Of a stretch of DNA of 64,000 nt, positions 1 to 14,995 are shown piece by piece. The notes beneath the pieces are model-generated. The model was not told where the DNA came from. It ran no database searches and was given only the letters and a program-made list of their open reading frames with translations. Position 1 is the stretch's first letter; each line of letters starts with the position of its first letter. Source of the stretch: the human T2T-CHM13v2.0 reference genome, Homo sapiens. The stretch lies in assembly GCF_009914755.1 (NCBI RefSeq), contig NC_060927.1; one strand, 5' to 3'. The position numbers and the translations under genes were made by a program.

Positions 1-349
1 AAACCAGATCCTAAATCTTAATTTTATTTTTTAAGTTTGAAATGTACATCTCGTTTCCCTTTATATGACCTGTTACAGAAGGAAGTCTATCTTCCTAAAT
101 GTTTAAGCAAGTGCTAGGTGTGCTGTCACTTCAAGATGAATAATAAATAGCCATAATAAATGGATGTTGTAGGTGATATTAATAAGACATTTTCGATCCT
201 GCAGGAAGAGTCATGCTGGAAGATAAATAGATGCATTTATTTATACTATTGTTAGGAACTTGAACTTTTAACCCACAGAGCAGGTGTTCAATCTATTTTG
301 GAAACATCTGAAAAAAACCTCTTGTTTTCTTGTTCCTCTGTCTGACCCC

Positions 350-1404
<1,055 letters not shown>

Positions 1405-1711
1405 TCCTCTTTTTTGTGTGTGTCATTTTCTTCTTTCTTTACCTATTGAAATCCAACAGAATCTTCAAAGATGCATAAGAATTGCTTCTTCTCTGCAGAA
1501 TGTTGCTTGATTCAGCCCAACTGATATTAGCTTTTCTTTCTTTTCTCCCACCTTACTCTGTGGAGCTTTCACATTCTGACTTGTGCCTTATCCCTAGTAG
1601 TTCTGATGGTGTGGAACATTATTTGTTGGATCCTGGAGTCCCAAATCCTGTTATGTATCTATGTGTGGAAATACCAAGATGGACACACTCCTAGCAAATG
1701 CATGCTGTTTA

Positions 1712-2670
1712 TAATTCATCAAATATTTCAGGGCCCTGTCATGGCCCAGCACAGTGCCAGGCATTGGACTCACACTAAATCTGGACTCTCTTAGAGCTTA
1801 TGTTCTATAGGAGGGACAAAGACAAAAAATAAACCAACATATTGTTATTGTGCATATAAATAAACTGACAGATAGTTATTTGTGCTAATAAGAATACAAG
1901 ACAGTGATGTTAAAGAGAGTTGTGGGTGTGAAATACATGTAGTTAGGGAAGGTTTCTCTGAGGTGATATTTAAAGTGAGACTTGAAGAATGAGAAAAAGC
2001 CAGCCAGGCAGAGGTCTCCGGGAAAGTGTTCTAAACTGAGGAACAGCACATGCAAATCCATGAGACACGAATGAGCTTTGTATGTTTAAGGATGAGATAA
2101 AATTTGACCACTGGGATGGTCTAAATCCCATAAATGAAAGTTGTATGAGATAAAATCTGAGAAATTAGATCATGTTGGGACTTACAGACTATCAGATAGA
2201 GTTTAGATTTTATTCTAAGCATTGTCTTAGTCCTTTCATGTTGCTATAACAAAATACCATAGACTGGGCAATTTATGAGCAACAGAAATTTATTTCTTAC
2301 AGTTCTGGAGGTTGTTAAGTCCAAGATAAAGACACCAGCAGGTTTGGCATCTGGTGAGGGCCCAGTCTCCACTTTCAAGACTGTGCCTTGTTCCTGTATC
2401 CTCCAGACACATGTATCCATGTATCCTCACATGGTGGAAAAAACACATGGGGAAGAGAGTGCTCTTTTTAATTTCAAGCACTTTTATAAAAGTGTGATTC
2501 CCATTCATGAGGGCAGAGCTTTCATGACTTAATCACCTCCCAAAGGCCAACCCTCTTAATATTGTTGCATTGGGGATTAAGTTTCAGCATAATTTTGGAG
2601 GGGAAACCATTATTCAAACCATAGCAGCAAGATGAGAAACCATTAAATAAGTTTAAAGCAGGAAAATGCC
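1712..2670 (-). mobile_element. L2 3' end, interrupted by the MaLR LTR at 2223-2626
   Basis: ATTCATCAAATATTT...CACAGTGCCAGGC tail and GGGAAGGTTTCTCTGAGGTGATATTTAAAGTGAGAC motif; L2-like sequence resumes after the LTR. Confidence 0.75.
2223..2626 (-). mobile_element. MaLR solo LTR (MLT1A/MST-C/D group)
   Basis: TGTCTTAGTC...CAAACCATAGCA termini; AACAGAAATTTATTTC (AATAAA on minus strand); TAATCACCTCCCAAAGGCC motif. Confidence 0.9.
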
Positions 2671-4299
2671 TGTGGGTATGAAGTTACAGTGGCACAAGAG
2701 AAAAAGCAAGCCGACTGTTTGTTTTCCTAAGGTGTTGACTCCAAAGTGATATTTGGAAACTAAGTTGGGTGAGCTGGCCAGCCTATAGTTAGGTCTCAAA
2801 AATGCCTTTTCCTCTGTGGTCTAGATTAAAAGCAAGTTAAACAACCTCTTTGGCTTCCTTCCCCATTGGCCACAAACTACCTTGGCATTTGATCTTTTAA
2901 AATTCTATGGAAAAAAAAAAAAGACAGGAAAGAATAAACTAAAAGATAAAGAGCTCAAGGACTGTTTTACTTTACCAGTAGCATGAGAAAACTTTCAAAA
3001 TAGAGACATTCTAAAAAGACAGGAAATCCAAAATGTGCAGTTTACGTGGACCTCACAGTTTTAAATGTCTCTGCTCATAACACTGTAGCTTTCATGACTA
3101 CAGCAAAGCTCCGTGCTCTAGCAACAAGGCCAAATAGTGATGTTGACCTATGCCCCGTGTCAGCATCTTGTGTCAAACATAGACAAAAGAGGTCTTGAGT
3201 TCTTCATAGAGCTATTCAATTTCTTTTTTAAGAATGACAGGTATATAATACAATGGGTACACAATATAAATTTTCTAAATAGAGCCAATTTTTTCTACCA
3301 TTATTATAAAGAACACAACTCCTCTTGACACAGACACAAACACTCACACATTTCAAAGAGAAGTCCATTAAAAACAACAACAGAACTGGGGAGAACAGTG
3401 GGACATTATTTAACACCAGTCTGTGTACCCCCGATTCAGGGATTACTGGGAATGTTAAGCCAATTATTTTTTTAAGCCAATGTATTTAATCAGAGACTTA
3501 GAGTAAATAACACTAGATTTTTACAATATTAGTAGAATTCTCTTCCTGCTGTCTTTTGTGCTCAGCCATTTTTTTCTATAAGTGACTGACCTTATTGTGC
3601 AACTCACTGGAATAATCCCTGTAAAAAATGTTAAAGGATAAACACTATTTGGAAGCTTTTTAATAATTTTAGAATCCTTTAAATCCTTTAGAACTTCTGC
3701 ATAACATTTTAGGCTTTACTTGGTCTGACTCTTGTGACTGCTGGGACTTTCTATGTGACTAAGTAATCAGATAAGATTATTAATTTGTTGATAAATGACA
3801 AAAACGTAACATACCATTTTTCTCAGATTAAAAATTTTAATTTAGCCACTATGGCCTTAAAACACAGAATAGTTAATGAATCATAGTATTATTTGACATA
3901 GTATATGTGTATTTTGCCTCAAACATATGCTGGTACCTATGCTAAAATCAAAGACAAGTGGGTAATAGTCTATGACTTTAAAAGATCACAGTCTGAACTC
4001 CAGTAAAGTCTCAGGGAGGAAATTTTAAGAATTGTCATTGACCACTTAATTCCCTCTGCAGAGTTTTTCCCAGTGGTGATCCATCTTCCCTTAGAAATCC
4101 TCAGTGCCACTGTACTTGTTATCACTCATGGCAATCAATGCCATCTCTGGAGATCTCATCCTTATAGTCAGGTGAAAATCTATGTCTTGATGAGTGTATC
4201 CATGGATGGTATTTCTAACTTAGGAAATTCGAATGTCTACAAAGGCTTGGCAGATAATTTACATGAGCTAGGCAAGCCAGGTATTAAAATTTAAAAGTT

Positions 4300-4615
4300 C
4301 AAGTATTATAAAAAATGGCATAAGGCATGTGACCAGAGCATGGTGAAGACAATAGTTGTGTGGTAGGGACTGTGGTCAAAACTGAAAAGCATGCCATCTT
4401 TCACTGTCATTTATTGTTTTTTTGAAGAAATGTGGGCCAGATATTATAATTTTTTTCAAGAAAACCGGAATTTGGCAGCTTTATTTGGCGTCTCCTGATT
4501 TTTAAATTGGCAACTGATTCAAAACTTTTAAGACATTCTGGGGGACAACATTTTGAGAGACAAGCACATATCTACAGCTAGATTTGGCCTGTAGGCTATT
4601 AATTTTTAAAACTTT
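4300..4615. mobile_element. MER102-like hAT-Charlie fragment
   Basis: GCCAGATATT...TTTTTCAAGAAAACCGGAA...CTCCTGATTTTTAAATTGGCAACTGATTCAAA...GATTTGGCCTGTAGGC matches my recall of MER102. Confidence 0.55.
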
Positions 4616-4668
4616 TCTAAACGCCACAGGTATAAGAAATAAACCTATATTCTCCTTCACTTGAAAGA

Positions 4669-5135
4669 TTCTATGGTTAATACTACGTGTCAACTTGATT
4701 GGATTGAGGGATGCCTAGATGTCTGGTAAAGTATTGGTTTTGGGCGTCTTTGTGAGGGTGTTGCCAGAGGAAATTAAGTTGGTGCCCTGGGAGAGGAAGA
4801 CCCGCCCTTAATGTGGATGGACACCATCCAATCAGTTGCCAGCATGGCTAGAACAAAGCAGGTGGAAGAATGTGGGATAAGTTCTTGCTGAGTCTTATGG
4901 GTATCTTCCTTCTTCCTGTGCCAGATGCTTGATTCTGCTCCTCCTGCCCTTGGACATCAGTCTGCAGGTTCTTTAGCCTTTGGACTCTGGGACTTGCATT
5001 AGCAGCTTCTTTGGGACTCTTGGACCTTTGGCCACAGACTGAAGGCTACAATGTTTGCTTCTCTGGTTTTGATGCTTTCAGACATGGACTGAACCACTAT
5101 CAGCTTCTCTCTTTCCCCAGCTTGCAGGTGGCCTA
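4669..5135 (+). mobile_element. ERVL LTR MLT2A2, 3'-truncated
   Basis: ATGGTTAATACTACGTGTCAACTTGATTGGATTGAGGGATGCCTAGATG...GAGGAAGACCCGCCCT...CAGCTTGCAGGTGGCCTA; ends before the poly(A) signal and U5. Confidence 0.9.
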
Positions 5136-7005
<1,870 letters not shown>

Positions 7006-7286
7006 TAATATAGTTTGGATATTTGTCCCCACCCAAATCTCATATTGAAATGTAATCCCCAATGCTGGACATGGGCCCTGGTGAGAGGTATTTTTATCAT
7101 GGGGGTGGATGCATCATGAATGGCTTGGGCCGTCCCCTCGGTGTTAAGTGAGCTCTCATTCTGGGTTCACACAAGATCTGGTCATTTAAAAGTGTGTGCC
7201 TCCCTGCCATCCCCGATACACACACACTATCTCTCTTGCTCTTGCTCACTCCTGCCTTCTCCATGTGATGTGCCTGCTCCCTGTTC
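7006..7286 (+). mobile_element. MSTB-type 3' LTR, 3'-truncated
   Basis: ATATAGTTTGGATATTTGTCCCCACCCAAATCTCAT start directly after the PPT; similarity stops after CCATGTGATGTGCCTGCTCCC. Confidence 0.88.
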
Positions 7287-7544
7287 AAGGGTGATATTTG
7301 GAAAACATTTGCCAAACTGTGTTTCCTACCTGTGTAAAGAGCTACTCTTCCAAAAGACTGTCAGAGCACCAGTATAAACCCAACTCTTACTGAATAGTGG
7401 AAATTTCAGACTGAGACAGAAAATATTTGGGGAAAGATTTCCCCAAATCACTCACCAATTATATCTACATATGACTTTAATTAGATAAAATGCCTAGTCC
7501 AGTGTCATCTTCTTACATGAATGTCCAATAAATGTTTATTTCCA

Positions 7545-8058
7545 TTGCTGGTTGTTCTCCATTTAACTCCCCACCTAGACCCACTGTCTGCCCTTATGCC
7601 CCTGATTTGGAACACTGAAGGCTGACTCCTCTGCACTGCAATATTTGGGTTCCCTTGCCACATGGCTTCCAGTAGGGTATGGCCAAGGGAAGACACCAGA
7701 AAGATATCAGAGAGCAGAAGGAGAGAGAAGCCAGGCTATTTATTCCATGTTCCCTCCCTACTTTAAATTTCCATCTCTAATAGTAGCTGCATCTCTGTAT
7801 GATTTCAGATTCTACTAGAGAGCCTGTCTGCCATAAGTCTCTGGTAGAATCTGAGATCATACAGAGAGATAGAAACACATCTCTCATGGAGCCCCTGAAA
7901 TGTTCATTTTAACCTGTTACTTCTTTGACTCCAAAGATGGTAACAGATTCCCAATGTTGCTAATGTCTGAGTGCCTCAACTCTTGCCAAGTACCTTTGTC
8001 TCTTGATTAGAAATGTTTGGGGTGAATTGTTTATTCTGCAGTGTTCTCTGGGAGACAC
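7545..8058 (+). mobile_element. LTR33-family (ERVL) solo LTR
   Basis: GGCTGACTCCTCTGCACTGC...CCCTTGCCACATGGCTTCCAGTAGGG...GGAGAGAGAAGCCAGGCTATTTATTCC...GGTAACAGATTCCCAATGTTGCTA. Confidence 0.7.
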
Positions 8059-9061
8059 ATTCTCCTTCCCTTTCTCCTTAGCCCTTATAATGCCATTTCT
8101 CCATTTATCTCTGTGTCAATGATAGCAACTTGTCTTTAATGAAAGGTGTTTAAATATGTGGTTAGTAATATTCAGTCATATTTTTCAGTTTCACTGTCTT
8201 GATGAGTGTCAGGATCTTCTTGGATAAGTCACTCTCTACAGAACCATGTTTAAAATTACAAAAAACTACCCTGTTGATCCACAGAGCACAAGAACATGTT
8301 AATTACTGTATAGAGGTAGCCTGCTATTTCCAGCACGCTCAAGTGAAGCCTCTGAGCCTCCAGAAGCCTTAGCTGTTTCTATTTTCTGAACCAGATTTGA
8401 CCACCTGGGATGTATTGGAAGCTTTATTCTCACCAGCAGGATAGGTGTGGAACTAGTCTTATTCTTCTTACCCCTGTTTTCAGTGAGCTTCAAGAGATGC
8501 CTATGAAACCAAACCTAACTACAATTTCTACATTATGGGTCTGCCCCTTTATAATTTCAGTCATGCCTTGGAGACATTTTCCAGGTTACACAAACTTCTC
8601 AGAACCATAGCACTGCCAACCTACCTAATCTCAAGTATTTTGATCTGGGTGAATTTTTGATTCATGTTTCTTAGAGTACTTTGGAATTTGGTCCTCTGAC
8701 CACCTACCATCTTAGTCTCACTGGCTTAGGCCACATCCAATCTCTTATTTTTTTCACTTTTTCTTATGTTCTCATATCAAGAATCCAGTATGGCTTGGGG
8801 AAGAATCTGAATGAGTTATGAAAGTGTAATATAATAGGTCACCTTTTGCAAACGAAAATTTTATGAGCCTTAAACATCAAGTACCAATAAATATAGCACT
8901 ACAGCCAGTCATACATCTGTAAAATCCACTAACAAGTAATTAGGGAGGGATGAATAGAGGTTTTACACTTAGAAATTCAGAACATCTCTTAGCAAAATCC
9001 ATTTCAAAACAATATGGGTTGTAAAATCTTCACTAATAATTTTAATATTAGTCTTATCTTT

Positions 9062-9470
9062 TTTTTGTTTATTTTCATTTTTTTATTTTTTATTTTTTTA
9101 ATTTTATTATTATTATACTTTAAGTTTTAGGGTACATGTGCACAACGTGCAAGTTTGTTACATATGTATACACGTGCCATGTTGGTGCGCTGCACCCATT
9201 AACTCGTCATTTAGCATTAGGTATATCTCCTAACACTATCCCTCCCCACTCCCCCCACCCCACAACAGTCCCCAGAGTGTGATGTTCCCCTTCCTGTGTC
9301 CCTGTGTTCTCATTGTTCAATTCCCACCTATGAGTGAGAATATGCAGTGTTTGGTTTTTTGTCCTTGTGATAGTTTGCTGAGAATGATGGTTTCCAGTTT
9401 CATCCATGTCCCTACAAAGGACATGAACCCATCATTTTTTATGGCTGCATAGTATTCCATGGTGTATATG
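9062..9470 (-). mobile_element. L1PA (PA3-like) 3' end, 5'-truncated to about 410 bp
   Basis: TTATACTTTAAGTTTTAGGGTACATGTGCACAACGTGC; GAG-type (non-Ta) diagnostic CATTAACTCGTCATTTAGC; TSD TATCTTT at 9055-9061 and 9471-9477. Confidence 0.97.
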
Positions 9471-9766
9471 TATCTTTAAGGCACTTTCTAAGTACTAATT
9501 CCCCCAGCATGTGTCAAAGTATGTATCATTACCAAAATTGTGTGCCAGACTACTTTTAAAACAAATTAGTATAGTGAATAAGCATTCTTTTTTACCATAA
9601 TATTTAAATTGGATTTTTGGTTATCATTTAAAACTACATAATCAAGGTAATTAAAGTTTTATTCATTGTTTTAGGATGGAATAGGTTATATGTACACATT
9701 TTATAATGTCGTAGTCTATGTCCATTTATTTTATGTTGTATATTCCCAAACAGTGATTCCTTAGAG

Positions 9767-9995
9767 CAGTTAGTTGCTCAACCAGCAACAGTTTTGTCCC
9801 CCATGGGCTATTTGGCCATGCCTGGAGACATTTTTGATTGTCACAACTTGGGTGAGTGTGTGTGTGTGTGTTACTGATATCTAATGGATAGAGCTCAGGG
9901 ATGCTGCGAAATATCCTACAATGCAGAGGACAAGCCTCCACAACAAAGAGTGATCCAGTTCAAAATGCCAATAATGCTGAGGTTCAGAAACCTTA
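9767..9995 (+). mobile_element. MER20 (hAT-Charlie)
   Basis: CCTGGAGACATTTTTGATTGTCACAACT...GGGATGCTGCGAAATATCCTACAATGCA...GCTGAGGTTCAGAAACC; internal (TG)n. Confidence 0.9.
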
Positions 9996-10171
9996 CCCCA
10001 GAGAGGAAAATGTTCCTATTCACTGATTCTGCAGCCTATCTGCCCCTGACCCTCTCTAACCTCCATGCTAGGACTACTACAGCTTACAACCTCAGGTCAT
10101 TTCAACTAAAGGAAATTTTTGCTCAGAATTTCTTCAGTTTTACTAAGTAGTTGCTACGCATATGATGCTGT

Positions 10172-10214
10172 CTGCACAACAGAATGAAGAACTGCACAAT
10201 AGAATGAAGAACTG
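10172..10214. repeat. 20-bp tandem duplication CTGCACAA(C/T)AGAATGAAGAA x2
   Basis: Read directly; 1 mismatch. Confidence 0.95.
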
Positions 10215-10252
10215 AGATATTCTTCAGGATCTCTTAATCAAAACATATGTGT

Positions 10253-10288
10253 ATTTGAGAGAGGAAATTGTTATTTCCTCTCTCAAAT
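10253..10288. repeat. Perfect inverted repeat, 16-bp arms, 4-nt loop
   Basis: ATTTGAGAGAGGAAAT-TGTT-ATTTCCTCTCTCAAAT. Confidence 0.97.
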
Positions 10289-11064
10289 TGGGGAGATAGT
10301 AGGTGAAACTGAAATTTTAAAAGCTTTTTCAATTCTTCTTTGTTGCTGAACACAATATCTGCACAGACAGCCTTTTTGTTTAACTGAGACAGTGACTATG
10401 AGACTCATTGAATGAGGGTAATTTGTTCAGTATAACAGAGTTGGGTGTTCGCTTTCTGGGTAGGGTAGCCTAAGGCTGAGATATCAGGAAAATAAGAAAG
10501 CTGGAAAAGGTGTAAAAGTCTAAAGGAGAAGGAAGAGCACCAAGCAATATAGTTGGGAATAAAGAAAGGTTGAAAACAGTGACTAGTGGGAGATTTCTCT
10601 TCAAATTAAGGACTCTAAATGGCTTTTTTAAAACAGGTATGTCTAATAATCAGTGATGGTTATTTGTTTTTTCTGTAATATAAAGCCCCTTTATAACTTT
10701 AAAACTTTAGTAAACTCAGCTATATGCACAGGCACATTCACGCACACCTTGTGAGTGGTTTCTGGTAATGTCAAAGAAAAGGAGCTGAATTCTCTGGATG
10801 AATCAGTGTGGCATAAAGAGAAGTCTACTTGGGATGATCAGGTTTCAGCAGATTTAACCTAAGGACCTAGAGCTAAAGGCAAGGAAACTGTAAATTCCTG
10901 TCAAGTTGCAGTAATCTTGCAGTAAAACTCCTCCCAAGTTTTACAGTAATCTTGGGAAAGTTCAATGAATTACTATAGAATGGAGGGTAGGTGATACAGA
11001 TAAATTTTAGTGAGATTTCAAAGGATGAGATTACTTCAGCTGATTCTCGGCCATACATAATATA

Positions 11065-11566
11065 TTAGAATATACTTGATTTTACATAACAGAAATCTAA
11101 GTTGAACTGCTTTATGAAAAAAGGGAATTTACTGGCCTAGATAACTGGGAAACCCAAGGGGTTACATCTAGGGGTGCCAACACAGTCAACAAGACTCTGA
11201 CTCTCTTTATCATGTGGCTGTCTCTGAGACAACTTCATTTTCACAATAATTCTTTTCATGTGGCAGCAGAGATGCTGCTGCTTACTCCAGGTTTCCAAGC
11301 ACTTTGGTTATAACTATCTGAAAAGAAGAAGGTACTTCTTTTTCCCAGCATTTACATAAATCTCTCCAAAAGGACACACTAATAATATTATTCGGGTCAT
11401 GTTTTCTATTTCAGATCAATTTCTGTGTCTAGGGGCTGGCCATGCTGGGTCATGCGCTTACTCTATTGGCTGGGAAATCACAATCATGTGACTGGAGGGC
11501 TGGTGGAGGGCCTGTTCCCCAAAGGCAAAGTTACCAAAGAGACAAAAATGTAATGGATATCCACTG
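11065..11566 (-). mobile_element. Old MaLR LTR (MLT1K/L-like)
   Basis: AACAGAAATCTAAGTTGAACTG...AAAAAAGGGAATTTACTGG start; GACAAAAATGTAATGGATATCCACTG end. Confidence 0.6.
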
Positions 11567-12461
11567 AACACAAATCGCTCGGATTACTTGATGACGTTGA
11601 TAATACAATTTATTAAAGTAATTCTGTTTTTAGTATCTTGAGTGTTGTAGAGCCAAATATATCTGCACTGAAACTAGATTCTTTCTTTTGATAGAATCCC
11701 ATAATTGGATAAAATTTTCCCCTTTCATATGTTTCAATCTGTGATTCTCTACTTTTACTATGCATCATCATCACCTGTAGGGAGTTAAAAAGAACAGATG
11801 CTAGACTCTATTTCAAAATATTCTGATTTAATTACTTGAGAGTAGAGCCTAGGCATTGGAATTTTTAAAGACATCCTTATTACTTGGGGTTAAGTGGTGG
11901 TGTCCTAGGATTCTTATGTTAGCCTGCAGATGATTCTGAAAGATGTAAAGACATTTAGCCACTAACACCATCTGAATTTGATGCACATGTTTTCCAGTGG
12001 AACAAGTATATGAGCAGTGTGTTGGCCAAATAAAAATAGAATAGAGGACAGATAAATGTTGAAGAGGTAGAGTGTGTGGGTAAAGTTTTGACGTAGAGCT
12101 GTACTGCAGAGAACAGTAGTCCTGGAAGTGGTGGCACACTTCCAGGGGAGGAACCCATAGGGCAGCCGATTAGATCCGGGAGGGCATTCATGCTCCAGTG
12201 TTCCTTTGACCAGCTTCTTACCTCATATCCCAGTTCTTAAAACAGGCTTGTCAAAATATTTTGCATTGCACTAAAATAAGTAAGTCTTTATGCCCCAAAC
12301 TTTCTCGTTCACCAAATGGAACTGCTTCAGGAAAAGTGTCACCTTAGGCAAGGCAGCTCTTTGCAACTAAGGCAGCTATTGACGGTACTAACAGTTCATG
12401 CAGCTTGGCAGCAGTTCTTTTCTTAATGGGGCAAAAGGGCATATATTGTTGACTCTGATAT

Positions 12462-13910
12462 GCTAATATCTTTTTGCATACGAGTTCATGAGAGATACTA
12501 GTACTTTTCTCCCCCTCCCTTTTCCCTTTATTTTCCCTCCTCTCCTCCTTCTTCCATTTCCCCTTCTCCTTTTATCTTTGTCTGGTTCTAGAATCAGGGT
12601 AACACTGGCCTCATAAAATGAATTGGGAAGTATTTCCTCCTCTTCCATTTTTTGGAAGAGATTTTGTAAAATTTCTGTAAATGCTTCTTCAAATATTAGG
12701 TAGAATGCTCAAATAAAACCCTCTCGCCCTGGAGATTTGTCACTTGGGAGCTTTTTAATTATAAACTCAAATTCTTTGATGGCTATAGACCTATTCACAT
12801 CGTCTAATTAATATTGGTTGAATTTTGGTAGTTTTTAGTTTTCAAGTAATTGGTCTATTTCTTCTAATATTCCCTTATTATCTTTTTAACACTGCAGGAT
12901 CTGTAGTGATATCCCTTATTTCATTCCAGATATTGATAATTTATGCCTTATTTCTTTTTAATTTTTGTCAGTGTTACTAAAATTTTATCAGTTGAACCAG
13001 CTTTTTGGTTCATTGATTTTCTCTCTTTTTTCTGTTTTCAATTCCATTCATTTCTATTTTCATCATTTTTTTCTTTCACTTGTTATGGGCTTCTTTTCTC
13101 ATATTGTAAGTTGTTTTCTTCTTTGTGTTGTTCTGTTTCTTCAAAGTTTCTAGAGTGTCTATCATGATTTTTATATTTAGAAAAACAGCTTAAGGAATAA
13201 TACCGATAATGTTATCTAGGAACTGAGAATAATGGAGAGTAAGACCTATGTACCTGAGAAGAAATTTGGAAAACTGACTTCTTCCTAGAACTTCAAAGCC
13301 ATTATACCAATCACCAAATGTTACAATTAAAAAAAAATTTTGAGGTAAAAACTTAGATTCGACTTTTCTAAATAGAAACTAGATTAGATTATATTAGATT
13401 AGGGAGTTTTCCTTGCTTCCAATATAAGCATTTAGTGCTATAAGTTTCTCTCCCAGTACTGCTTTAGCTGTGTTCCATAAAATGTAATTTTATGTTTTTA
13501 TGTAATGTTGTACTTTTGTTTTTATTGAGGTCTATGTACTTTTAATTTTTTGAGACTTTTTCTGCTTTAACTTGTGGATTATTTAATAGTGTGTTGCTTA
13601 ATTTTCACGTTTTTAGAGATTTTTCAGTTGTCTTTCCGTGATTGATTTCTAATTTGATTACATTATAGTCAGAGAGCACACTCTGTATGATTTCAATTAT
13701 TTTAAATTTGTTGAGTTTTTTAATGACCTTCATATGTCTTATCTTGATGAATGTTCCATAAGTACTTGAAAAAAATGCAAATTCTGCTGTTGTTGGGTGA
13801 AGTGTTCTGTGTCAAGTAGATGCTGTTGGTTGACAGTGTTGTTCATATATTCTATATTCTTGCTGATTTTCTGGCTAGTAATTCTATCAGTTGCTCAGAG
13901 TGGATACTGG
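12462..13910 (-). mobile_element. L1M ORF2 fragment with an unexplained insert at about 13156-13337
   Basis: ORF 12463-12648 gives [23 protein letters not shown], matching L1 ORF2 [22 protein letters not shown]; T-rich antisense L1 sequence continues. Confidence 0.9.
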
Positions 13911-14448
13911 GCAATTTTTCAGTAAAAAATGCATATATGGACATGCACACAAATGTTTGCACACCTTCTAGATTTCCCTTTGTTCTTAGAAGGACAGTAG
14001 TCTCTGGGTAAAACTCTGGTTTTGATAGAGCTGTTCTGCCAACTCTTTCCTGCCAACAGAGATTGTCTGATTAAGTCTTTAAATATGTTCATAGCTGAGG
14101 GAAAAGAAGACTTCATCACAGATAACTGATGAAATGATGTTGCCAATTTGCATGTTATACTTCACAGTTTTGTTCATGCTTGGGCATTACCTCTTTAATA
14201 TTAATAACAGCATAGGGTATCCATGAGTTGTGACTAGGGATTGTGATAATCATAAAGGGTATAAACATCCCTCCAAGTATAGCAATGCTGTTAAGGCATC
14301 ACAGGTGTTGCTCCAAGTATCAATTATCAGTTATAATGTAACAGGTACAAAGTGTATGTCCAGGATCTTGGTATGTATCAACTCCATTGAAGTTAATAAA
14401 TGTCAGGTAAATCAACTAATCAAGTGGTTAGGAAATAAAGATAAGGTC

Positions 14449-14995
14449 TGTATCAGTTAGATATTCTGTATAATAACCCATTCCAAAACTTTGGGGCTTA
14501 AAACAATAAACATTTATCATGGCTTAGACGTCTGTAGTTCAGCTGGATAGTTCTTCTGGTCACAGCCGAAATAACTCAGGTGTCTGGGGTAAGTTGCGTG
14601 TTCGGTAGGAGGCCCCACTGATATTGCCTGGACTCTCTCATATATTTGAAGAGTTGGCTGAACATTTACTAGTCATTGTTATTGTTCTTAACTAGGACAA
14701 TGTGGATCTCCACATAGTCTCTCAAATCTTCCAGTGAGTTAACCCAGGCTTATTTTGTGACAGTGGTGAGGATTTTGAGATAGAGAGTGCAAACATGTAA
14801 AGCCCTTAACGCTCAGAACTGACACACTGTCACTCTTGCCATATTCTTTTGGGCAAAGGCCAGTCCAGATTAAAAAGGAATGAGCACACAAACTCCCCGT
14901 CTTGATGCAAGGAGCTGCCAAGTCACATTGCAATGAAAGATGCAGTATGATCATTAATGCAATCAATATTCTACAAGGCCCTTTTTGCAATCACT
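14449..14995 (-). mobile_element. MLT1H-like MaLR LTR
   Basis: TGTATCAGTTAG...GGCTTAAAACAATAAAC start; GCTCAGAACTGACACACTGTCACT...CTTGATGCAAGGAGCTGCCAAGTCACATTGCAA. Confidence 0.85.

Noticed and set aside
2218-2631. Two MLT1A-type LTRs (2223 and 55455) inserted within about 25 bp of the same L2 consensus position
   Set aside because: Sites are not identical and the host L2 copies are not a recent duplication; n=2 with abundant L2 3' ends is compatible with coincidence.
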